From the NCBI GenBank assembly GCA_050184075.1, contig JBFXAS010000003.1, positions 1,856 through 65,855 on the forward strand: a stretch of 64,000 bases of DNA. The letters are read 5' to 3'. Below are positions 54,646-62,559 of this stretch, piece after piece. The position numbers and the translations under genes are program-made. The stretch is from Gemmatimonadales bacterium (GTDB lineage Bacteria; Gemmatimonadota; Gemmatimonadetes; Gemmatimonadales; GWC2-71-9). Position 1 is the stretch's first letter. Each line of letters starts with the position of its first letter. The notes under the pieces were generated by a model, which was not told the origin of the DNA, ran no database searches, and saw only the letters and a list, made by a program, of their open reading frames with translations.

Positions 54646-55335
54646 ATGCCGGCGGCGATGCGCCGCGCCCTGCTGCTCGGGCTCGCGCTCGCCGGGCTGG
54701 GCTCACCCGTTTCGGCGCAGCGGCGCCCGGCTGGCCCTGGTCGGCTCGGGCTCGGGGTGGCGCTGCTCGGGGTCGGGAGCGACCCGGTTTTCGGTGGGAT
54801 CGGGCCGGTCGCCACCCTCGCTCTGGGTCGCGACGTGCGGCTGCGCTCCAGCGCCGCGATCGGTTGGCGGGGAGCGGACCTGGCCGGGCGGGCCGAGGTG
54901 GCAGTTGAGCTCCGAACCAGTCCCCCCGGGGCCGGCTGGGCCCTTTTTGGCGGGGGTGGCCTGGCGACCGAGATCGGGCGGGGGGCGCGGGGTCGGGTGC
55001 TGCTCACCCTCGGGGCCGAGCGGGACTCCCGACGGGGCCGGGGCTGGTGGATCGAAACCGGTCTGGGCGGGGGCCTGCGCCTGGGTGTCGGCTACCGGCT
55101 CAGGATCGGGCGGCGGCGCCGTAAAGCAAAACGGGCCAACCCCATCGGGGTCGGCCACGTCGAGAGCCACGAAGGCCGTCAGTCGGCCTTGGACGCGGCG
55201 ACTTCCTGGCCCCGGGCGACGACGGGACGGCAGAACCGGTCGCCCAGCACCCTGACTTCGCCCAGCTCTTCCTCGCCCAGCTCCGGATACCGCTCGGCAA
55301 GATATTGCATGGTGTCGTCCAACCACTCCTTCTGA
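54646..55335 (+). CDS. Gly-rich secreted protein; 3' end uncertain
   Basis: Signal peptide MPAAMRRALLLGLALAGLGSPVSAQ and beta-like Gly-rich repeats up to GVGYRLRIG (about position 55110). After that the frame stays open but looks non-protein-like, and it overlaps a convergent gene and that gene's terminator. Confidence 0.45.
   Translation: MPAAMRRALLLGLALAGLGSPVSAQRRPAGPGRLGLGVALLGVGSDPVFGGIGPVATLALGRDVRLRSSAAIGWRGADLAGRAEVAVELRTSPPGAGWALFGGGGLATEIGRGARGRVLLTLGAERDSRRGRGWWIETGLGGGLRLGVGYRLRIGRRRRKAKRANPIGVGHVESHEGRQSALDAATSWPRATTGRQNRSPSTLTSPSSSSPSSGYRSARYCMVSSNHSF
55121..55156 (-). terminator. intrinsic terminator of the 55179..55457 gene
   Basis: Reverse-strand RNA GGCCGACCCCGAUGGGGUUGGCC (stem with one mismatch) followed by CGUUUUGCUUUAC. 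It begins 23 nt after the stop. Confidence 0.65.
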
Positions 55336-55457
55336 TGCTCCGAATCGGCCTCGAGCACGCCACAACGCAGGATGTGGCTGAACAGCTCGTCTCGCGCCTG
55401 ATCGAAGATGGAGGGGAAGGATGGGTTGTTCTTGAAGGTCTTTTTCTTGGTGGTCAT
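55179..55457 (-). CDS. small hypothetical protein (92 aa)
   Basis: ATG ORF of ordinary, non-shadow composition: MTTKKKTFKNNPSFPSIFDQARDELFSHILRCGVLEADSEHQKEWLDDTMQYLAERYPELGEEELGEV. GC is visibly lower than in the neighbours. It has its own terminator. Confidence 0.65.
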   Translation of the reverse strand: MTTKKKTFKNNPSFPSIFDQARDELFSHILRCGVLEADSEHQKEWLDDTMQYLAERYPELGEEELGEVRVLGDRFCRPVVARGQEVAASKAD

Positions 55458-55646
55458 GAACGCCTTGGGCTGGGGGTGTTCTCTTGGTACGGCTACCTAA
55501 CAGACGCTGGAATATACACTTGCCTCGCCTGATGGCAAACCGGGCCCAGGCTCCATCCCGGAGCCTGTGCCATTACATTTTGCGGCGTCCTGCCGGTCGG
55601 GCCGCACTTGGCCCGAACCCGGTCGGAGGGAGTCGATCCGAAAAGC

Positions 55647-55946
55647 ATGAGCGATCACGACGAGATCTATGGAGCCGAGCGACTCGAGCGGTTGAAGCGG
55701 TCGCTCCGCGAGCTGGCGGAGCGGATCGGCGAGCTCGATCGCTCGGGGACGCTGCTCGAAGCGGTGCCGGAGCTGCAGCGCCGCCTCGGCGATCTCAGGT
55801 CGGAGCTGTTCCACTACGAGGTTCGGTGCACCTACGACACGCCCGAGGTGGCTGAGAGCCGCCGGTTGGTGGAGGAGGCGCGTCGTCCGCCGGAGCTTGC
55901 CGAGCCCGATTCCGAAGAGGACGAGGAGCCATGGCGGCGAACGTGA
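55647..55946 (+). CDS. small coiled-coil hypothetical protein
   Basis: MSDHDEIYGAERLERLKRSLRELAERIGELDRSG...; acidic tail. The alternative start is TTG 55608. It overlaps the DsbA-like start by 16 nt. Confidence 0.55.
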   Translation: MSDHDEIYGAERLERLKRSLRELAERIGELDRSGTLLEAVPELQRRLGDLRSELFHYEVRCTYDTPEVAESRRLVEEARRPPELAEPDSEEDEEPWRRT

Positions 55947-56644
55947 AGAAGAGCTCGAAGCAGGCCCCCGCGAAGAGCGGCAACCCGTTCATGCTGATCG
56001 CCGCCGTGGCCATCGTTGGCGTGGGCGTGCTGATCTACCTGGTGACCCGCCCGAAGGGGGTCTCCATTCCGGCCAACGTCGCGGTGCTGGAGGCGGACAC
56101 GGCCGGCTTCCAGGGCTACTTCAAGGGCTCCGACAGTGCGCCGGTGACCATCACCGAGTACGCCGACTATCAGTGCCCGGCCTGCCAGTACTTCGCCACG
56201 GTGCAGCTGCCCTCGGTGCGCCGGGATCTGATCGAGACGGGCCTGGTGCGCTGGCGCTTCCGCGACTTTCCGCTCGACGCCGCGCATCCTCACGCCCGGC
56301 TCGCGGCCCACAGCGGTGCCTGCGCCGACGACCAGGGCAAGTTCTGGGAGCAGCACGACGCGATCTTCGCGACCCACGCCCAGTGGAACGTCGCGACCGG
56401 ATCGGGGGCGACGCAGATCTTCCGGGAGCAGGCTCGCAACAACGGGCTGGATCTCGACGCCTACGACGCCTGCATGAGCTCGGCGAAGTACGCCGGCCGA
56501 ATCCAGGCCAGCCTCGAAGAGGGGACCAAGGTGGGCGTGGGCTCGACTCCCACCTTCCTGATCGGTGGTCGGCTCTACCCGGGGGCGATCCCGTCCGACA
56601 CGCTGGCGGCGATCGCCCGGAGACTGGCGGGCGCCACCCAGTGA
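55931..56644 (+). CDS. DsbA-family thiol:disulfide oxidoreductase, membrane-anchored
   Basis: GAGGAG upstream. N-terminal TM FMLIAAVAIVGVGVLIYLV, thioredoxin-fold active site YQCPACQYF, and cis-Pro region GSTPTFLIGG. Confidence 0.85.
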   Translation: MAANVKKSSKQAPAKSGNPFMLIAAVAIVGVGVLIYLVTRPKGVSIPANVAVLEADTAGFQGYFKGSDSAPVTITEYADYQCPACQYFATVQLPSVRRDLIETGLVRWRFRDFPLDAAHPHARLAAHSGACADDQGKFWEQHDAIFATHAQWNVATGSGATQIFREQARNNGLDLDAYDACMSSAKYAGRIQASLEEGTKVGVGSTPTFLIGGRLYPGAIPSDTLAAIARRLAGATQ

Positions 56645-57075
56645 ACCGCCGCACCGCGCTGGCGCTCCTCGCGCTGGCGGGTCTTTTTGTCTCGGCGTAC
56701 CTCTATCTCTTCAAGATGGGGTACATCGGCACGATTGCGTGTGGCACCGGGGGGTGTGAGACGGTCCAGCTGAGCCCGCAGAGCCGGTTCCTGGGGGTGG
56801 AAGTGGCCCTGATCGGCCTGCTGGGCTACGCGGTCCTCTTTGCGCTGGCGGCCCTGTCCCTGGGCTCCCGCTTCGGCGGCCCGAGCTGGCCGGTGCTCGG
56901 CATGGTGCTGCTGGGCGCCGGCGCGGTCGGCTTCACGCTCTACCTCAAGTACCTCGAGCTCTTCGTGATCCACGCCATCTGCCGCTGGTGCGTCGGCTCG
57001 GCGGTGATCATCGTGCTGTTCTTCATCGTGGCGTTGGTGGAGTGGAGGCAGGCCAGACGCGAGGCGTCGAGTTGA
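56641..57075 (+). CDS. vitamin K epoxide reductase (VKOR) family protein
   Basis: GTG 56641 overlaps the DsbA stop (GTGA). Loop cysteines CGTGGC and active-site CRWC. Four TM segments. Confidence 0.82.
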   Translation: MNRRTALALLALAGLFVSAYLYLFKMGYIGTIACGTGGCETVQLSPQSRFLGVEVALIGLLGYAVLFALAALSLGSRFGGPSWPVLGMVLLGAGAVGFTLYLKYLELFVIHAICRWCVGSAVIIVLFFIVALVEWRQARREASS

Positions 57076-58997
57076 GCATCGACGCCGGGCACGGCGCCCG
57101 CCCGGAGCCCACCGGCAAGGCCCTCGCCACGCTCTCGATCGCCGCGCTGGGCGTGGTGTTCGGCGACATCGGCACCAGTCCGCTCTACGCGATCAAGGAG
57201 TGCTTCAGCGGCACCCACGCGGTCACGCTCACCCCGGAGAACGTGATCGGGGTGCTCTCGCTGATCTTCTGGAGCCTCAACTTCCTGATCACCTTCAAGT
57301 ACCTCGCCTTCATGATGAAGGCCGACAACCGGGGCGAGGGCGGCATCCTGGCGTTGCTCGCGCTGGTCAAGCCAGGCGAGATCAAGACGACGGCCAAGTG
57401 GGTGCTGGTTTCGGTGGGGATCTTCGGCGCGACGATGCTCTACGGCGACGGGATCATCACGCCGGCGATCTCGGTGCTCGGCGCGGTCGACGGCATCGCC
57501 GTCGCCACCCCGGCGCTGCAGCCCTACATCGTCTGGATCAGCCTGGTGATCATCGTGCTGCTGTTCGCGGTCCAGAGCCGGGGCACCGGCACGGTCGGGG
57601 CGATCTTCGGGCCGGTCACCTCGGTCTGGTTCGTCTGCATTGCGATCCTCGGGGTCAAGGGGATCCTGCTCGAGCCGGGGGTGCTCAAGGCGATCAATCC
57701 CTGGTACGCCGTCGACTTCTTCATGCGGGAAGGCCTGCACGGATTCCTGGTGCTGGCGGCGGTCGTGCTGGTGGTGACGGGTGGGGAGGCGCTCTACGCC
57801 GACATGGGGCACTTCGGCAAGCGGCCGATCCGGGTGGCGTGGCTGGCGGTGGTGCTGCCGGCGCTGCTGCTCAACTACTTCGGCCAGGGCGCGCTGCTCC
57901 TCGCCAGGCCCGAGGCGATCGTCAATCCGTTCTACGAGCTGGTGCCGCGCTGGGGGCTCTATCCGATGGTGGTGGTGGCCACCGCGGCGGCGGTGACGGC
58001 CTCGCAGGCGCTGATCTCGGGCGCGTTCTCGCTGACCCAGCAGGCGCTCCAGCTCGGCTACTCGCCGAGACTCCAGATCGTCCACACCTCGCGCTCCGCG
58101 GTGGGGCAGATCTACATCCCCGAGGTCAACTGGGCGCTGATGATCGCCTGCGTGCTGCTGGTGCTGGCCTTCCAGACCCCGGGGAACCTGGCGGGTGCGT
58201 ACGGTGTCGCGGTCACCATCACGATGGCGACCACGACGATCCTCTTCACCGTGGTAGCCCGCGAGCGGTTCGGCTGGGGGCTGTTCAAGGCGCTCGCCTT
58301 CGGTGGGGTGCTGCTGGCGGTCGATCTCGCGTTCATGATCGCCAACCTCACCAAGATTCCCCACGGCGGCTATCTCCCGCTCGCGATCGGCGGGGTGCTG
58401 TTCGTGCTGATGACCACCTGGCGGAAGGGCCGGCAGATCGTCAGCAGCCAGCTCCAGAGCGGCGCGCTGCCCCTCGAGCTGGTGATCGAGGACGTCGAGC
58501 GGCGGGACCTCCACCGGGTGCCGGGCACCGCGGTGTTCATGACGCCCGACCCGGTCGGCGCGCCCCCCGTGCTGCTCCACCACCTCAAGCACAACAAGGT
58601 GCTCCACGAGCGGGTGGTGATGATGTCGCTGGTGAACCACCTCGTGCCACAGGTGCCCAAGGACGAGAAGGTGGAGGTGACCCCGCGGAGCGGCGGCTTC
58701 TACACCGTGGTGGGTCACTACGGCTTCATGGAGACGCCCGACGTGCCCTCGCTGATCGCGCGGGTGGCGGAGATGGGCCTGGTGCTCAAGATGCCGGAAA
58801 CGACCTTCTATCTCGGCCGGGAGACCATCATCCCGGTGCAGCGGCCGGGGTCGCTCGGGCAGTGGCTCCGCCGCCGGATGCCGATCTGGAGGAAGCGGCT
58901 CTACATCGTGATGGCCAACAACGCCCGCCCGGCCAACGCCTTCTTCAACCTGCCGCCGAATCGGGTGGTCGAGATGGGCGCGCAGATCCAGATCTGA
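57072..58997 (+). CDS. kup: KUP/HAK/KT potassium transporter
   Basis: TTG 57072 overlaps the VKOR stop (TTGA). LSIAALGVVFGDIGTSPLYAIKECF and GGEALYADMGHFG are KUP signatures. 641 aa. Confidence 0.9.
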   Translation: MSIDAGHGARPEPTGKALATLSIAALGVVFGDIGTSPLYAIKECFSGTHAVTLTPENVIGVLSLIFWSLNFLITFKYLAFMMKADNRGEGGILALLALVKPGEIKTTAKWVLVSVGIFGATMLYGDGIITPAISVLGAVDGIAVATPALQPYIVWISLVIIVLLFAVQSRGTGTVGAIFGPVTSVWFVCIAILGVKGILLEPGVLKAINPWYAVDFFMREGLHGFLVLAAVVLVVTGGEALYADMGHFGKRPIRVAWLAVVLPALLLNYFGQGALLLARPEAIVNPFYELVPRWGLYPMVVVATAAAVTASQALISGAFSLTQQALQLGYSPRLQIVHTSRSAVGQIYIPEVNWALMIACVLLVLAFQTPGNLAGAYGVAVTITMATTTILFTVVARERFGWGLFKALAFGGVLLAVDLAFMIANLTKIPHGGYLPLAIGGVLFVLMTTWRKGRQIVSSQLQSGALPLELVIEDVERRDLHRVPGTAVFMTPDPVGAPPVLLHHLKHNKVLHERVVMMSLVNHLVPQVPKDEKVEVTPRSGGFYTVVGHYGFMETPDVPSLIARVAEMGLVLKMPETTFYLGRETIIPVQRPGSLGQWLRRRMPIWRKRLYIVMANNARPANAFFNLPPNRVVEMGAQIQI

Positions 58998-59311
58998 GCG
59001 CAGCGCTGCAACCGCCGCCGGGGTGAGCGCGGCTCGATGAAGCGGACGATCGTCGCGACCCATCTGGAGCTTCGGGATCGGGGCCGGTTGGTTTCCACGG
59101 GGCCGGCCCGGGGGCGGCACGCCATCGCCCGGGTCGAGGGGGAGCGCGAGGTGCCCGACCAGCCGCCGGAGCCGTGGCCGGGCCCGAACCGGTGACCCGC
59201 AGCCTGGACGTTCACCAGCAATCACCCTCATGGCCGCGCGTTTGGCCGGCTCGGGCAACTGGATGCGCCTGGCCTGGCTTCCTACTCGCGGCCCAATCGA
59301 AGGAGCTGACG

Positions 59312-59599
59312 ATGGCGGTGTACGTGCTGGTCGACATCGACGTGCGGGAGCCGGGTCCGTACGAGGACTACAAGCGTGGCGTGCCCCCGCTGATTGCCAG
59401 GCACGGCGGCGAATACCTGGTGCGGGGCGGCGCCTTCGAGGTGATCGAGGGGAGCTTCGCGGCCAATCGCCTGGTCCTGTTCCGCTTTCCCGATCGCGCC
59501 TCGGTGCAGGCCTTCTGGGACGATCCCGAGTATCAGGATCTCAAGGCGCTCCGGCGTCGGGTGGCCGAGACGAACATGGTGGTGATCGACGGCGTCTGA
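59312..59599 (+). CDS. DUF1330 domain protein
   Basis: AAGGAG lies 6 nt upstream of ATG 59312. MAVYVLVDIDVREPGPYEDYKRGVPPLIARHGGEYLVRGG...FPDRASVQAFWDDPEYQ. Confidence 0.8.
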   Translation: MAVYVLVDIDVREPGPYEDYKRGVPPLIARHGGEYLVRGGAFEVIEGSFAANRLVLFRFPDRASVQAFWDDPEYQDLKALRRRVAETNMVVIDGV

Positions 59600-59661
59600 G
59601 CTCGGTCGCGCAAGCGCCGGGTGGCCCTTACGATTCGGGGTATGGACTGCTCGGGGACCGG

Positions 59662-62364
59662 GTGAACCGCGACGACATCGTCTTCGAGGACAAGGATCAG
59701 CCGCTCCGCGCCGACGTCAACCAGGTGGGGACGCTGGTGGGCGAGATGCTGCGCGAACAGGGTGGCGAGGCGCTCTTCGAGCGGGTGGAGGAGGCCCGCC
59801 GCGCCGCGATCCGCCGCCGGCGCGGCGACCAGTCGGCCGAGCGCGAGCTGGCGGGCCTGGTTGCGAGCGGCCCGGTGTCCGGGGCGGCCGAGCTGGTGCG
59901 CGGCTTCTCCACCTACTTCCGGGTGGTCAATCGGGCCGAGCAGATCCACCGGATCAGACGCCGGCGAGACTACGACCGGGAGCCCGGGCCGCCCCCGGGC
60001 AGCCTTCGCGACGCCCTCGCCTCGCTCCACGCCGCCGGCCTGGCGCTGGACCGGGTGGCCGCGCTGCTGGCCCGACTCTCGATCGAGCCGGTCTTCACCG
60101 CCCATCCGACCGAAGCCACCCGCCGCAGCATCCTCCAGAAGGAGCAGCGGATCGCCCGGCTGCTGCTCGACTCCGACGATCCGACGCTCACCCCGGTGGA
60201 GCGGGCGACCCTCGAGGCGCGGATCCGGATGGAGGTGACCGCCGCGTGGCAGACCGCCACGAATCCGGCAGCGCGGCCGACGGTGGAGAACGAGCGGGAG
60301 CACGTGCTCTACTACCTGCTCAATCCGCTCTACGAGATCGTGCCCGCGTTCTACGAGTCGCTCGACGCGGCCGCGCGCGCGGTCTACGGCGAGCCGATCG
60401 GCTGGGGCGATCGGCCGTTGGTCCGATTCGCATCCTGGGTCGGCGGCGACATGGACGGCAACCCCAACGTCTCCGGCCGCACCATTCGCTCCACGCTCGC
60501 CGCGCACCGCGAGCTGATCCTGCTCCGCTATCGGGGCGAGCTTCGACAGCTGGCGGACGCGCTCTCGCAATCGCGCTCCCGGGTGCTGGTCGACGAGGGC
60601 GTGATGGACCGGATCGAGGTCTACGGCCGCGAGCTGCCCGAGGCGCTCCGGGCGGTGCCCGAGCGCCATCGGGAGATGCCGTATCGGGTGCTCTGCCACC
60701 TGATGGCGGCGCGGCTCGAAGCCACCCGGATCGACGGCCCCGGCGCCTACGCGCGCCACGGCGAGCTGCTTAGCGACCTCGAGTCGATCGCAGGGAGCCT
60801 CCGCTCGCATCGGGGTCGCCACGCCGGGCTCTTTCAGGTCGAGCGCGCCATCCACCGGGTCCGGACCTTCGGCTTCCACCTGGCCACGCTGGACGTGCGG
60901 CAGGACGCGTTGGTCCACCGGGAGGCGGTGGGCGAGCTGCTCGGCCGGCCGGACTGGACCGCGCTCTCGAGCGAGGAGCGGACGGCGAGGCTCGCGCAGG
61001 GTGAGCTCAGAGCGCCGGCCTCGATGAGCGAGGCCACGGCGACCACGCTCGACGTCTTCCATGCGATCAGGGAGTGCCGGGCGCGCTTCGGCGATCGCGC
61101 CATCGGGCCCTTCATCGTGAGCATGACCCAGGGCGCCGACGACATCCTCTCGGTGCTCGCGCTCGCGGGCGCGGCCGGGCTCGACGATCAGCGGGGCGGC
61201 GTCGCGATCGACGCGGCCCCCCTGTTCGAGACGGTGGGCGACCTGGCGGCCGCGCGGGATACGATGGAGCGGCTGCTGGCGCTGCCCGGCTACCGGCAGC
61301 ATCTCGCGCATCGCGACGGCCAGCAGGTGGTGATGATCGGCTACTCCGACAGCGCAAAGGACGGCGGCGTGGTCGCCTCGCGCTGGGCGCTCCAGCAGGC
61401 GCAGGCGGAGCTCTCGGATCTCGCGCGCAGCCGGCAGGTCGACCTGACGCTCTTCCACGGGCGCGGCGGCACCGTCGGCCGCGGGGGCGGCAAGACCCAT
61501 CGGGCGGTCGTCGCCGCGCCGGCGGGCTCGGTGAACGGCCGCCTCCGGGTGACCGAGCAGGGCGAGGTGATCGACGCCAAGTACGGGCTCCGGGGCATCG
61601 CGTTCCGATCGCTCGAGCGGATGGCGGGCTCGGTGCTGGTCGCGACCGGCGCGCCCGCACCGATGGACGCGCGCACCGAGTCGTGGGCCGGGTTGATGGA
61701 CCAGCTCACGACCGTGAGCCGGGAGACCTACCGATCCCTCGTCTACGAGCACCCGACCTTCGTCCAGTACTTCCGCGACGCGACCCCAATCGACGTGATC
61801 GAGCGCATGGCGATCGGCTCGAGACCACCCTCGCGACGCTCGGGGAAGGGGATCGAGAATCTCCGGGCGATTCCCTGGGTCTTCGCCTGGACCCAGAGCC
61901 GGCACATGCTGCCCGGGTGGTACGGTCTCGGCACCGGGCTCGCCCAGGTCGCGGAACGGAGCGGGATCGAGGCGCTCGCCGAGATGGTGCGCGAGTGGCC
62001 CTTCCTCGCCACGCTGGTGGAGGACGTGGAGATGGTCCTGGCCAAGGCCGACCTCGGGATCGCGGCCCGCTACGGCTCGCTCTCGCCGGAAGCCGGCCCC
62101 ACGATCTTCCCGTTGATCGAAGCCGAGTTCCAGCGGACGGCCGAGTTGATTCTCCGGCTCAGGGGCACCGGGTCGTTACTCGAGAGCGACCCCACGCTCC
62201 GGCGCTCGATCCAGCTCCGCAACCCGTACGTCGACCCGATGAGCTTCCTCCAGATCGACTTGCTCCGCGCCTGGCGGGCGGGCGGTCGGTCGGACGAGCA
62301 GCTCTTCGGTGCGCTGCTCGAGACGGTGAACGGGATCGCGCAGGGGCTCCAGAACACGGGCTAG
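59662..62364 (+). CDS. ppc: phosphoenolpyruvate carboxylase
   Basis: Trimmed to GTG 59662. VFTAHPTEATRRSIL, GYSDSAKDGG, FHGRGGTVGRGGG, and the canonical C-terminus GLQNTG. Confidence 0.92.
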   Translation: MNRDDIVFEDKDQPLRADVNQVGTLVGEMLREQGGEALFERVEEARRAAIRRRRGDQSAERELAGLVASGPVSGAAELVRGFSTYFRVVNRAEQIHRIRRRRDYDREPGPPPGSLRDALASLHAAGLALDRVAALLARLSIEPVFTAHPTEATRRSILQKEQRIARLLLDSDDPTLTPVERATLEARIRMEVTAAWQTATNPAARPTVENEREHVLYYLLNPLYEIVPAFYESLDAAARAVYGEPIGWGDRPLVRFASWVGGDMDGNPNVSGRTIRSTLAAHRELILLRYRGELRQLADALSQSRSRVLVDEGVMDRIEVYGRELPEALRAVPERHREMPYRVLCHLMAARLEATRIDGPGAYARHGELLSDLESIAGSLRSHRGRHAGLFQVERAIHRVRTFGFHLATLDVRQDALVHREAVGELLGRPDWTALSSEERTARLAQGELRAPASMSEATATTLDVFHAIRECRARFGDRAIGPFIVSMTQGADDILSVLALAGAAGLDDQRGGVAIDAAPLFETVGDLAAARDTMERLLALPGYRQHLAHRDGQQVVMIGYSDSAKDGGVVASRWALQQAQAELSDLARSRQVDLTLFHGRGGTVGRGGGKTHRAVVAAPAGSVNGRLRVTEQGEVIDAKYGLRGIAFRSLERMAGSVLVATGAPAPMDARTESWAGLMDQLTTVSRETYRSLVYEHPTFVQYFRDATPIDVIERMAIGSRPPSRRSGKGIENLRAIPWVFAWTQSRHMLPGWYGLGTGLAQVAERSGIEALAEMVREWPFLATLVEDVEMVLAKADLGIAARYGSLSPEAGPTIFPLIEAEFQRTAELILRLRGTGSLLESDPTLRRSIQLRNPYVDPMSFLQIDLLRAWRAGGRSDEQLFGALLETVNGIAQGLQNTG

Positions 62365-62559
62365 CCGGTCCGGTCGAGGCGGCCCGTCCGGTGCCCGGTC
62401 TGGATGAGGTTGGCCCCGGGTGTCCGCCGCTTCGGCGGCTGGATTCCGGGCGGCGCGCCCGTCGAGCCGGGTTTGGGTCCGGTTTGCGTCGAGCCGGCTG
62501 AAACGATATCGGTGCCTCGCGCGTCACGATGACAGTCTCGCGCCCTGGACGGCATCGAC

